From a virus, in IMG/VR virus record IMGVR_UViG_3300042892_002114, positions 1 to 64,000 of that record: 64,000 nucleotides of DNA. The stretch is one strand, 5' to 3'. This document shows, in pieces, positions 29,301 to 37,993 of this stretch. A program made the translations under genes and the position numbers. Every line of letters starts with the position of its first letter. Within the stretch, counting starts at the first letter, position 1. The notes under the pieces are model-generated. The model saw nothing but the letters and a program-made list of their open reading frames with translations. It did no database searches and had not been told where the DNA came from.

Positions 29301-30283
29301 TGTTGTAGAGCATCAAAGAACTTCTTTAACTTTGGTTGATTCTTAGCAACATAAAAATTTGAATCTGAAATAACATCTTCTTCGGATTTTCCTTCAGTAC
29401 CAATTGCGGCAAAAATATTTTGTATCAATGCTCTGATTTGTTGAAAGTATGCTGAAGCGGCTTCTGGTTCAAGTTTATATGCGTCCTTCTTTGCACCACG
29501 AACTCCAGCATCATATTGATCGGCTTGCACCAACTTGAAGAACTCTCCATTATCAAGCTTCATTACCACACCTTCTGTTGTGCCACCCAATGTAGATGGA
29601 ACAGCCAAAATAGCCTCCGAAAATTTTGTTACAACATCAGTCGGATTGGTCCAATCAACATTTGTTAGTTTTGATCCAAACAACGGATTCTTCAGCAGAT
29701 TTTCCTTGCTGAGTTTTCCCTGAAAGAAGATAGGAAATGATGATATTTCCAACAAGTCTGCCATCTTGTTCACAGATTTGTAGTCTGTTATTTCTTGTTT
29801 CGGAATGGTATGCAAATCTCCGCCAACCACACGATACTGCACTTCACCATAACTTCTTAAAAACAAGCCACCCTTGTTGACATATGTACGAGTCAAAGTG
29901 TCTTTGTTTTGAGCAAACTCAACGCTAAACTCAGTACTCTTTGGAATGCTGTTAATCTTATTGTTTATCTTAGACAAATGATCAAATATCATGGAATATT
30001 GACCAATGCCAACAGAAGATTGGGATATATCACCCTTTTCTTTATCATTCAAATGAGCAAACTCTTTGGCATACAACACAGTTCCTTTGTATGCCACAAC
30101 CCAATTCTTGGTATAATCTGCTTTATCAACTTGCTGTGTACGCACCAATGTCAGTTTTGTTCCATCCACCTTTTCGGTGATGACCATGTTCTGACTTAGT
30201 ATTTCATTGGCTCTTTTTAGACGCAGTGACTCTGTTTTTGGTTCAAAAATATACTTTTTTAGGTTTTTTATAGAAATGTCCAT
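26363..30283 (-). CDS. Four-domain nucleotidyltransferase: RNA-ligase-like + HIGH (cytidylyltransferase-like) + two Pol-beta-type domains
   Basis: ITEKVDGT...EF...EGVVMK...FKL; GKPLHIGH...SGTKMR; VGS...GDIDI...QVDL; NGS...GDIDV...QIDF. Confidence 0.8.
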   Translation of the reverse strand: MDISIKNLKKYIFEPKTESLRLKRANEILSQNMVITEKVDGTKLTLVRTQQVDKADYTKNWVVAYKGTVLYAKEFAHLNDKEKGDISQSSVGIGQYSMIFDHLSKINNKINSIPKSTEFSVEFAQNKDTLTRTYVNKGGLFLRSYGEVQYRVVGGDLHTIPKQEITDYKSVNKMADLLEISSFPIFFQGKLSKENLLKNPLFGSKLTNVDWTNPTDVVTKFSEAILAVPSTLGGTTEGVVMKLDNGEFFKLVQADQYDAGVRGAKKDAYKLEPEAASAYFQQIRALIQNIFAAIGTEGKSEEDVISDSNFYVAKNQPKLKKFFDALQQIAGNKKNIVQIKDDIHDTIRLMTSKQGLLGSTNKTLGLIPIAGKPLHIGHWKLIEKAANENDRVIVYTSSSDRIKKGEFPIKGDDFVKLWSDVFIPSLPKNVKVKFVDSPVRAIMHELAWLEQRLTQDAADMPTINLYSDKDDVEINFKDEDLKKYPELLAANKIKKIGVERTATVNVSGTKMREFLMNNDKESFLKNLPPVGNKDKEEIWNTLIANKPEPVSEVNPYINFAEEVVNEIEKEMFGEGGWRSTSTQSTIITPKKVLNILSAMDKFVSEFNAYSNLPPIESNGPVGSAMYYKQDLEKDGVEYGDIDIQIILPEETNDRTSQLASNKKYSEKIIQFIQEKKPSYIYPNFQDKDFGTGYLIFNVGGEKIQVDLVLSYKVSSEWTKIRTTPEKGLKGFVTGNLLSALSDALNVVLGSNTNPYINTIDGKVASSLIKTNSKPVFFNPNQVFLDILKFYGNLAGVSKVNSSVLQGYYGLDANDPSLKKKCETVVALSKALDNNRAFDKGVVVSKNGTTFKSREEFVKYVLDTFIKNMKSASTAKKLEKAETPEAMKNIEKIKHDANLGIELAKQLIREAIASLTESGQSVAAVDDKTSKTVNGQPAQATTKLRIVDPQGKDIRSAVSGDVKELIYALNSKVGFWKKNNPYIENGFVFNGSSQYLMSGDAKYKDLAKYKSAFGDIDVIVPKEKLDTMEAYLDSIDDKQVEWKATPKNKVSKNFHYVGRTKNQRALAGQTVTLWYYSPVKQVVQIDFEGDEMTLDPQGYEKPSEWNKFIKDSPWQDLTTGIKGLAGAILLRGLTRAATALPNAVYVTNSTALKIQSGQLKSLVDAKGKSVVSVNATHALPAEYTLNTSGSGHAGVRKAYRLVAKNMDYQGKKVDVYTDIAASESKPEDRINSVNKVFELIFKRKPSGQDVENFRSYVGLLTLMKTLPKDVQVKALERAKEGLTQAGLESAEYAPIQKAAKTILGISI

Positions 30284-30309
30284 GCTTATAAGTATATATC
30301 ACCGGTTTA

Positions 30310-32445
30310 TTATATCAATTTTTTGACTTGTTTCAATACCATATCTGCTGATATTTCCTTGGAACATTCAAAGTTTTTGTTCCTTGGGCACCAAAACCAA
30401 TCATTGCGACTAAACTTGCAGGACATATCGTTCCAACAACCATTACAGACACTTTCATTGATTACTCTATATTCAGTATGAAACTCGCACAGACTCTTGG
30501 TAAATCCACTGATCAACACCACGGGCTTGCCCACGGCCCATGCCAACCAACTCAAACCAGAGCTTAGTCCAATAAAGAACTGTGCGCCTGCTATTTGAGC
30601 CATGCGTTCGTCCAGTGTAAAGTCGCCAGTTTTATCCACACAACCTTCTGGCATATAATTCATACTTTTGTCTACGCCAAAACTATTGTGTCGGTCAATG
30701 CACCATACTTCATATCCATTGCTCTTTAGATAATCCACCACGGTCTTCCATCCAGTTTTATTGTTCCAATACTTTGCTTGACAAGTACTTTGAGTAGCAA
30801 TACACACATATTTCTTCTTTACATTTTTATACTTATTGGCATCAAAAGTAATCTTTGGTTTGTATTCTATATTGGTCAAACCTAGTATGGTTGTGGCAAT
30901 TGAACATAGATTGAGCAACCTTGGGTCGGTTGGAATATGATTCTTGGTATTTTCTCCATCAAAACATCCAATCTTGTATTTAGCATAATATGGATCTGTA
31001 TACACATCCACTGCCAAAAATTTTATATTTGGATAATTCTTCTCAAACATTGGACGAAGTACTTTATTAAACACTGCACATTCCATTATACATTGATGTT
31101 TCTTCTGAAACTCATCAACAGCACCAATCCACGCCAACAAATCTCCTAAACTTTCACTGTCCAATACAACTTTAACTTTTTTATTTTTTGGATCAAATGT
31201 GTGTTTTTCTACCAATACATCATAACCATCTGATATGTCATATACCTCAACCACCCACTTGTTGAAATACTTTGTGGAAGTTGATGCCCACATATTATTT
31301 TTAAGTTTCGTTTCATATACAACATGACCTGTATGAAAATCAATAAACTTGATCTTATAACTCTTGTCAACTGGACCGGGTATATCTACCTTAGCACCAT
31401 CATCAAAAGTTATTTTAATTTTGTTTTCTGGTTTCTTTGGCTCTTTGTATACCACGTCTGTATTTTTATAACTATCAATCAACTGATTACCAAAAATACA
31501 TTCACAATATTCGCTGTATAGTTTGGCTAAGTCATGTACTCTGTTGCTGTACGAATTTTCTTTGGCATTTTCCAATGCGGCATTTCTATATGCTTTATAA
31601 TTTAATCTCACATCTTCAATACCATGAATTGCTTCAGATATGTCACGTGAAGTAACAACCATACCTTTGTATTTTTTTTCTTCAAACGTACCAACCACTG
31701 GCAACCCACATGCCATTGCTTCTAATAATGTGAGGTTTGGATGACCAGCCTCTAGTTCAGAGAAGTGTAAAAATATATCATGACTGTTATATAACTCAAT
31801 GAGCGACTTTTCATCCAAGTCATATAACTTGGTCAACTGTTCATAGTTGTTGAGTTCGGGATCGAGTGTTTTGAAGAAGTTATCGTTGTTACGCGGACCA
31901 GCAATTGTCAGCGGTAGTCCCAACTGTTTGGCTGCTTGAATTGCAATAGCAAACCCTTTACGGTCTTTGCTTTGGTCATTAGCATATCCATTGTTGGCTA
32001 CGCACAACAACTTTGGACTGCTGCTCATCTCTCTTGTTTTGTATGTAAAGACATCTGTATTGACGGCGTGAGAAAAGTAACGCAACTTTTTGCTGCCAAA
32101 ATATGGTATCAAAAACTTACATGGTGACAAAGAAAACACACTATTTTCAATTGCTTTAAAATTTTCTTTATACACATGCGATTCTTTGCCATACAAAAAT
32201 GCGTGATGATCATGAATGCTAAAGATGTATGGAACACCGCGTTCATGAAGCATATTGGCGAGATTGGCCACGTGTACATGCACAACCATACTTTCATCAT
32301 ATTTAACATCATTGAGATATTTTATCTCATTACGGATGTTCAGCTTGTTCAATTCAAGATGATAATCCCAGATAATTTTTTCGATTGCACCCCACCCATT
32401 TGGTGGAATTGATATAAGTCCCGGCGTAATATTGATTATTTTCAT
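30310..32445 (-). CDS. GT4-type glycosyltransferase fused to a TibC/Aah-type autotransporter heptosyltransferase
   Basis: N-terminal half: PPNGWGAIE, KG...AIQA, EAGHPNLTLLEAMACGLPVV. C-terminal half: LGDLLAW, CIATQSTCQAKYWNN, FIGLSSGLSWLAWA, CNGCW...WCPR...FEC. Confidence 0.85.
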   Translation of the reverse strand: MKIINITPGLISIPPNGWGAIEKIIWDYHLELNKLNIRNEIKYLNDVKYDESMVVHVHVANLANMLHERGVPYIFSIHDHHAFLYGKESHVYKENFKAIENSVFSLSPCKFLIPYFGSKKLRYFSHAVNTDVFTYKTREMSSSPKLLCVANNGYANDQSKDRKGFAIAIQAAKQLGLPLTIAGPRNNDNFFKTLDPELNNYEQLTKLYDLDEKSLIELYNSHDIFLHFSELEAGHPNLTLLEAMACGLPVVGTFEEKKYKGMVVTSRDISEAIHGIEDVRLNYKAYRNAALENAKENSYSNRVHDLAKLYSEYCECIFGNQLIDSYKNTDVVYKEPKKPENKIKITFDDGAKVDIPGPVDKSYKIKFIDFHTGHVVYETKLKNNMWASTSTKYFNKWVVEVYDISDGYDVLVEKHTFDPKNKKVKVVLDSESLGDLLAWIGAVDEFQKKHQCIMECAVFNKVLRPMFEKNYPNIKFLAVDVYTDPYYAKYKIGCFDGENTKNHIPTDPRLLNLCSIATTILGLTNIEYKPKITFDANKYKNVKKKYVCIATQSTCQAKYWNNKTGWKTVVDYLKSNGYEVWCIDRHNSFGVDKSMNYMPEGCVDKTGDFTLDERMAQIAGAQFFIGLSSGLSWLAWAVGKPVVLISGFTKSLCEFHTEYRVINESVCNGCWNDMSCKFSRNDWFWCPRNKNFECSKEISADMVLKQVKKLI

Positions 32446-32495
32446 TTTAAATTCTTTCTATCCAATTTGGTGTAGTCACCGTATTTGTATCAGTG

Positions 32496-32524
32496 TATAT
32501 ATTTAAAGTTTTGTTTGATGTCAA
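32496..32524 (-). promoter_or_regulatory. Sigma70-like promoter upstream of the GT4-heptosyltransferase gene
   Basis: TTGACA-N17-TATATA on the minus strand. Confidence 0.45.
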
Positions 32525-32529
32525 GTATT

Positions 32530-33510
32530 TTATTTCAATCTTACAAAACTTCTATTTTTTGGATCAAGTATGCTATTTTTATTAAATTTAATTAAGCGAG
32601 CATCACTGATTCGTACAACAAATTCTTGGTTTTTTGGATTTATTTTAAAAACCATGCCCGTGAGCGAATTGGGTATAGTTTCGCATAAAACGTCATCAAC
32701 ATATACCTCCAACTTATCAGCTCTTGGACTTTTATTTAAATACACAAATGCAATGTCTGTCGTATTTTCTATCTTGAGCACGGTTGAAATACCAACCATG
32801 TCAGTCACAATTCCATCCTCCGCGAACGCACTCATACCATGCTTACTGGTTGCAAAATATTTTTCAATTCCAATATTTTCAAGCATATGAACGTCTCCAA
32901 ATAATTTTTTTCTCTCAACGCTCTTATACAAGAAACTTTCCAGCGTTCCATATGCACCAACTTCTTTGCAGTTAATTATATATTCGTCGGAGGAATTTGA
33001 AAACTTAAATGTATTCTTAAAAAATTCAATTGATGAATAAAATATCGTTGAAACGAACACATAATCAAATTTTAAAAACATTGCTTTTTTATTGTTAGTT
33101 TCAGATATATTTTTTAAATTTTTTAACTTTATAACATCTTGTTCCGAAAATAGACAGTCACCTTCCACATAAACAAATGAATCATATGAATCTTTCGCAA
33201 AATTGACTGCGTTCATTATAGAGCGAAACACTGCATAACTATGATTTTTATGATTTGCAAGTTGGTATATTCTAAAGAAAAACTTGGGATAATCCGCGTA
33301 AAAATTAACATTTGGATTTGATGGTATAAAATCGTTGCGACAATCGTATATAAAATATTTAACCATATTTTGTATTTCTTTACTAACCGGACAGTGCGTA
33401 ACCAACAAAACATCAAAATCGTTATTAACTCTTTCCAAAACGGATTGTAAAACTTGTTCCGTTTTTTGCTCGGATGGGTATGAGCCAACTATCAATAGTT
33501 GTTTTTTCAT
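32530..33510 (-). CDS. Putative glycosyltransferase-like protein (GT-A?)
   Basis: LLVTH.P and YVEGDCLF (DxD-like); lies within the glycosylation island. Confidence 0.5.
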   Translation of the reverse strand: MKKQLLIVGSYPSEQKTEQVLQSVLERVNNDFDVLLVTHCPVSKEIQNMVKYFIYDCRNDFIPSNPNVNFYADYPKFFFRIYQLANHKNHSYAVFRSIMNAVNFAKDSYDSFVYVEGDCLFSEQDVIKLKNLKNISETNNKKAMFLKFDYVFVSTIFYSSIEFFKNTFKFSNSSDEYIINCKEVGAYGTLESFLYKSVERKKLFGDVHMLENIGIEKYFATSKHGMSAFAEDGIVTDMVGISTVLKIENTTDIAFVYLNKSPRADKLEVYVDDVLCETIPNSLTGMVFKINPKNQEFVVRISDARLIKFNKNSILDPKNRSFVRLK

Positions 33511-34421
33511 TTTGTCGCGTATATGAATCCAACTGTATCATTTTCTGTACAATGTCTATATTGTACGTTATATCCATTATCTATGAGTTTTTTGGCTATT
33601 GGCTTTGGATCAAAGTGAAACTCAATGAAGAATTGATTTATTCTATCAAAATGTTTTTGGTTTAAATTTTCAATTACTTTAAATTCAGTTCCTTCGATGT
33701 CAAGCTTTAGCAAATTTATATTGTCTTCCATACTTAATATAGAATCTACGCATGTTGTTGGTACATGTATTTTTACAGAATTTTCTACATTCAAAAACTC
33801 ACTTGTACCAACCGATGCTCCAAGTGATATGTTTATATCCATACCAACATCCGACACATTCATACCTTTGTTGAGCAGCGTTATGCTTGCATCTTGACCA
33901 AAGTTTTTTTCCAAGTAAAAGAACGCCAATGGATCTGGGTCTATACTGTATATCTTTCTTGCACCAAAGTGTTTAGAATATAAAGTAAAAAACCCAACGT
34001 TGGCACCAGCATCAACAACTGTACCAGAAACGTCTATATCTTTACACAAATCCCCATAGAAGAAGTCTGCGTATGATGGACCGGTGGGATCAAATGGATC
34101 TGAATGAAATGTGCTGGCAAACCGTTTTGCGTTCTTGTTTACAACAATATTTTGATATTGGATCAGTCGAAAATCTTTGTTATATATTTTTACAACAAAT
34201 CCGGGAAAATTTGGATTATTTATAACAAATGAATTTATTTTTTGGGACAATGGTTGCATCCATAAATTTAAACCGGCCTCCACATCTTGTGTACAAGCAT
34301 AATAAACAGCACCCGTATACAAGTCACCAACAGTGAATATATACTTTGACGTATATTGCAATTTATAGTTAAAATAAACTGCAAAATTTTCTCGGTCTAA
34401 ATATAAGTCGAAAAAAATCAC
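33507..34421 (-). CDS. FkbM-family methyltransferase with N-terminal beta-rich domain
   Basis: VVDAGANVGFF, LLKLDIEGTE, IEFH. Confidence 0.85.
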   Translation of the reverse strand: MIFFDLYLDRENFAVYFNYKLQYTSKYIFTVGDLYTGAVYYACTQDVEAGLNLWMQPLSQKINSFVINNPNFPGFVVKIYNKDFRLIQYQNIVVNKNAKRFASTFHSDPFDPTGPSYADFFYGDLCKDIDVSGTVVDAGANVGFFTLYSKHFGARKIYSIDPDPLAFFYLEKNFGQDASITLLNKGMNVSDVGMDINISLGASVGTSEFLNVENSVKIHVPTTCVDSILSMEDNINLLKLDIEGTEFKVIENLNQKHFDRINQFFIEFHFDPKPIAKKLIDNGYNVQYRHCTENDTVGFIYATK

Positions 34422-35236
34422 GATAATAGATATTCCAACGTTCTGTTTGTTTCTCCAGCTTCCTTGAAGCCGTGATATAACAAAACTCTATCTGGATCTT
34501 CAACCGCCTCCCAACTTGAACCAAATGCATCTACGCTGTTCATGAATATTGTATTTTTGGCTTTGCGTTCTTCAACGACCCTCACAGTTTCTAATAGATG
34601 TGTATTTACAAATGCTTGTTTTAGATTTTTATTTGCACCGCGCTTCCATAAGCACACATTGAATGCAGTTTCATCGGCGTATGGAAAATAATCTTTACGA
34701 CGATCCAACAAATATTTGTTCTGGCAGATTGAAGTATATTCTTCAAAGAACTCTTTGCAGTTTGGGTTGAATGCATAAAAACAAGACCAGCAATATCTCA
34801 TGCTTCTGTTTTCCAGTCCATGATATTTCATCAATTTTTGTTCGTTGAAAATAATTTTTACTCCATTAACTTCTTGCCAAATGAATGGATATTCATGTGG
34901 ACCATAACTTGCCATAGGATATGACTCGTTATATTTGTGGTCATTAAAGTTGAAGTTTCGCGAGAACAATACGTCTGTATCCGTGAACAAATAATATTCA
35001 TTTGGAAACATCTGCATTGTAAGCAAAGAAAGCTCGGCTTTATAGAAGTGGAAGGTTGGATATTGTGGCCGATAATCAACCTTTACTTTTTGCAAGTTCT
35101 TGAATTCAAAACTGCTGTCAAATCCGATTGTATAATAAACAATCTTTATATCGTCTGTGATTTTGTTTGTCAAAGACTTGATACAAGAGATTGCTTGATA
35201 TTCGCAGTTCTTATCGCTGTATAGAAATATAACCAT
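34418..35236 (-). CDS. GT-A fold glycosyltransferase (GT8-like)
   Basis: LFTDTDVL (DxD), DETAFN, LYHGFK. Confidence 0.6.
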   Translation of the reverse strand: MVIFLYSDKNCEYQAISCIKSLTNKITDDIKIVYYTIGFDSSFEFKNLQKVKVDYRPQYPTFHFYKAELSLLTMQMFPNEYYLFTDTDVLFSRNFNFNDHKYNESYPMASYGPHEYPFIWQEVNGVKIIFNEQKLMKYHGLENRSMRYCWSCFYAFNPNCKEFFEEYTSICQNKYLLDRRKDYFPYADETAFNVCLWKRGANKNLKQAFVNTHLLETVRVVEERKAKNTIFMNSVDAFGSSWEAVEDPDRVLLYHGFKEAGETNRTLEYLLS

Positions 35237-35248
35237 AGTTGTGTTTTA

Positions 35249-37801
35249 TTAGAAGGGTTTGAATGTGTACCATTGTCTCCAATATGGCTCGCTAGTGGTT
35301 GAATAGACCTTTAAGTCATTCTTGGCCATAAACTCATTGACGGCTTTTCTGACGCCAAATTTTCCAGCATACACAGGTTCTTTTCCGGAACCTGTCAGCC
35401 AAATATCACCGTCGTCCGGAATATAATCATCGCCACAGAACAACCCACCTTTCTTTACCTTTGGCCACCAAGCTTTCATATCACGCACAACTCCTTCATA
35501 AGAATGATCGGCGTCAATATAAACAAAGTCAAAATGTTCATCTGGAAACATATGAGCACTGGCCGCACTGTCCATGCGAATGATATGAGCACGATTTTGC
35601 CATGGTTTGATGTTCTCACAGGTCTTCACCAAGCAATCGTAATGATACTTATCATCTTGACCGTTCATATCAACATAGCTGCTAAGATGACGCCAAGCAT
35701 CCACTAGATATAGTTGACCTTCGTGCCAACGTTCCAATATTATCTTTGAATACTCTCCTCTGAGTACTCCAATTTCAATTCCTTTTCCGTGTGGAAACAT
35801 ATCATTGACCAATACCGCCAAATCTCGCTTGTCCGGACATCCACGAGCGTCAAGCATTTTTTGCAAATCCGTGTTTCTATCATCAATCTTCACTTCCGAT
35901 TTGGTTGCAAAAATGAACCCACCCTGTGCGTGTAAGCTTTGGACGGTGCAATTGAACCCAGCCGTTTTCAACTGGTTCAATACCAAAGTTGCATCTTTTT
36001 CATAAGTTCTTCCGCCAATGATATGATATTCCATTAGAATATTATCAATCATAGCCAAATCCGAATCATCCATTGAAGCGAACAAATCATATTCAGCGGT
36101 TTCTATGTCCACCTTCATCAAATCAATCTTTTGGATGTTATATTTCGTCACAAACGATTTGAACGATGTTGCATCTACTTTATACGATGTGTCCGAACCA
36201 TTCACATTTGCCACCGATGATACGATGGAATTTTTGCTGTCAACAAAGAATTCAAGTTGACCATCTTTATTGGACATAGCTTTCTCTACAACCACAACTT
36301 CATCTCCAAAAGAATTCTTCAATATTTTCAATGCATCCCTATTTGGTTCAACCGAGTAAACTTTTTGGCATTTTGCCGTGTGTTTTATATATTCTGTCCA
36401 CAGCCCGATATTTGCACCCACGTCAACAACAGTGTTAAATGTCTTTCCGTGTAAATATTTGTCATATATCTTATCAACAAAGAATTCCGTGTAATTCATA
36501 TATGTCGGCTGTGTGTCGTTTTTAAGAATAGATTGATATTTGTTGAATGCGGCGGGCTTTATGCGAAAAGTCTTGGAATCTAGCAATACACCGTTTTGAT
36601 AAAATTCCACCAACAATCCACCAAAGTATGGCTCGGTTTCATAATCAATCACGTGCTTCGGGGTAGGAATAATCCACCATTCCAAATTGGCAGGAAGCTG
36701 TGGATATTCAACAGCCCACACCACAGTGCGAGAATCCAGTTCTTTCACGGAGATGAGTAAATTATCTACGGTTTTATTGGCCGAGAATAGTACCTTGTTG
36801 TCTGTATTGTCGTATTTTACGTTGAAGCGAGTCATAGATTTTTCTGTATATAGGTTTAGGGCTTTTAGTATTTTGTTTAAATTTTCATCCTTGCTATCAT
36901 AATCAAGATATTTGATATTTTCATATTTGTCATACATTCCCATATACACAGGAGAATTATAAATCAACGTTGGTATATTGTATGATATTGCTTCGCGTAT
37001 AACCAATGGACTTGTTTCTTTGTCTCCATTTTCATCCTTGGACACAAACAGAAACAAATCGGCTGCTTGATAAAAATTATCCACATCTTTTCTTTCATTC
37101 CACCATTTGCAGTTGGATGGAAAATCTTTCATCAACGGTTCCCAATAGCTTCTAAAATTGTCTGCTTGATTTCCAATAAAATGAAACTGGATAGGTTGGT
37201 CTTTGAGTATTCTGGCATACTCAATAATTTCTTTTTGGTTTTTTCTTGATGTGAACAAACCAACGTGCACCACATGCTTTTTCTTTGGATCAAGACCCAA
37301 CACTCTCAGTGCTTCTTCTCTTGGCTTTCTGGGGTTGATGAGAATAGGATATTCACAAACTTCGGACGGTACATCAATATCTTTGAGATTTTCTTTTTGA
37401 TATTTGCTCACATATATCAATCGGTCTGGAAAGAATACTTTACCTTTTGGATCAAAGCTGCTGTCATGCGATGTTTCAATGATTTTATATCGTCTATCTT
37501 TGATGTATATCTTTTTGGCAATATCATGGTCCATGAAATATTCTGGCATTTCTTCCAGATGCACAACGTCGGGGTCCAAATCTTTGATTATGTCAACTAT
37601 TTTTGAGCGATCATAGTTCACAGAAATCAACCTGTCTTTGAGAATTTCTTTTATTTTGTTCTTTTGTACTGTGAAACAGCCGTGGTCTGCATACTCAATA
37701 CAATATATCTCGTGGTCTTTGTGCAAGACCTGTATCTTCTTCAACAAAAATTGCGGACAGCCACCCGTCGATAAATGCGGAGTAATATATAAAATTTTCA
37801 T
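35249..37801 (-). CDS. Fusion: GT4 glycosyltransferase + FkbM methyltransferase + class I SAM methyltransferase
   Basis: HLSTGGCP, VGLFTSRKNQ, ETSPLVIREA; VVDVGANIG, KVDIE; IEIGVLRG, VYIDADHSYEGV..D...W..KVKKGG...GDDY. Confidence 0.85.
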   Translation of the reverse strand: MKILYITPHLSTGGCPQFLLKKIQVLHKDHEIYCIEYADHGCFTVQKNKIKEILKDRLISVNYDRSKIVDIIKDLDPDVVHLEEMPEYFMDHDIAKKIYIKDRRYKIIETSHDSSFDPKGKVFFPDRLIYVSKYQKENLKDIDVPSEVCEYPILINPRKPREEALRVLGLDPKKKHVVHVGLFTSRKNQKEIIEYARILKDQPIQFHFIGNQADNFRSYWEPLMKDFPSNCKWWNERKDVDNFYQAADLFLFVSKDENGDKETSPLVIREAISYNIPTLIYNSPVYMGMYDKYENIKYLDYDSKDENLNKILKALNLYTEKSMTRFNVKYDNTDNKVLFSANKTVDNLLISVKELDSRTVVWAVEYPQLPANLEWWIIPTPKHVIDYETEPYFGGLLVEFYQNGVLLDSKTFRIKPAAFNKYQSILKNDTQPTYMNYTEFFVDKIYDKYLHGKTFNTVVDVGANIGLWTEYIKHTAKCQKVYSVEPNRDALKILKNSFGDEVVVVEKAMSNKDGQLEFFVDSKNSIVSSVANVNGSDTSYKVDATSFKSFVTKYNIQKIDLMKVDIETAEYDLFASMDDSDLAMIDNILMEYHIIGGRTYEKDATLVLNQLKTAGFNCTVQSLHAQGGFIFATKSEVKIDDRNTDLQKMLDARGCPDKRDLAVLVNDMFPHGKGIEIGVLRGEYSKIILERWHEGQLYLVDAWRHLSSYVDMNGQDDKYHYDCLVKTCENIKPWQNRAHIIRMDSAASAHMFPDEHFDFVYIDADHSYEGVVRDMKAWWPKVKKGGLFCGDDYIPDDGDIWLTGSGKEPVYAGKFGVRKAVNEFMAKNDLKVYSTTSEPYWRQWYTFKPF

Positions 37802-37808
37802 CTTTAGT

Positions 37809-37836
37809 AGAGTATAACCATTGTTTTATTTGTCAA
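37809..37836 (-). promoter_or_regulatory. Sigma70-like promoter heading the glycosylation island
   Basis: TTGACA followed by TACTCT (N16) or TATACT (N14) on the minus strand. Confidence 0.4.
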
Positions 37837-37993
37837 GCGAAATTTACAAGAATCGCTCGTTCATATATATTGAATACCAAAACAAATTTCAAGTTTTGTA
37901 TTTATATAATTACTTCTTTAGTAATAAAAAATTAATAGTTTATACAGTTCAAAAAGAAAAAGCACCGCTCAGGCACCATTATAGAAACCACCG

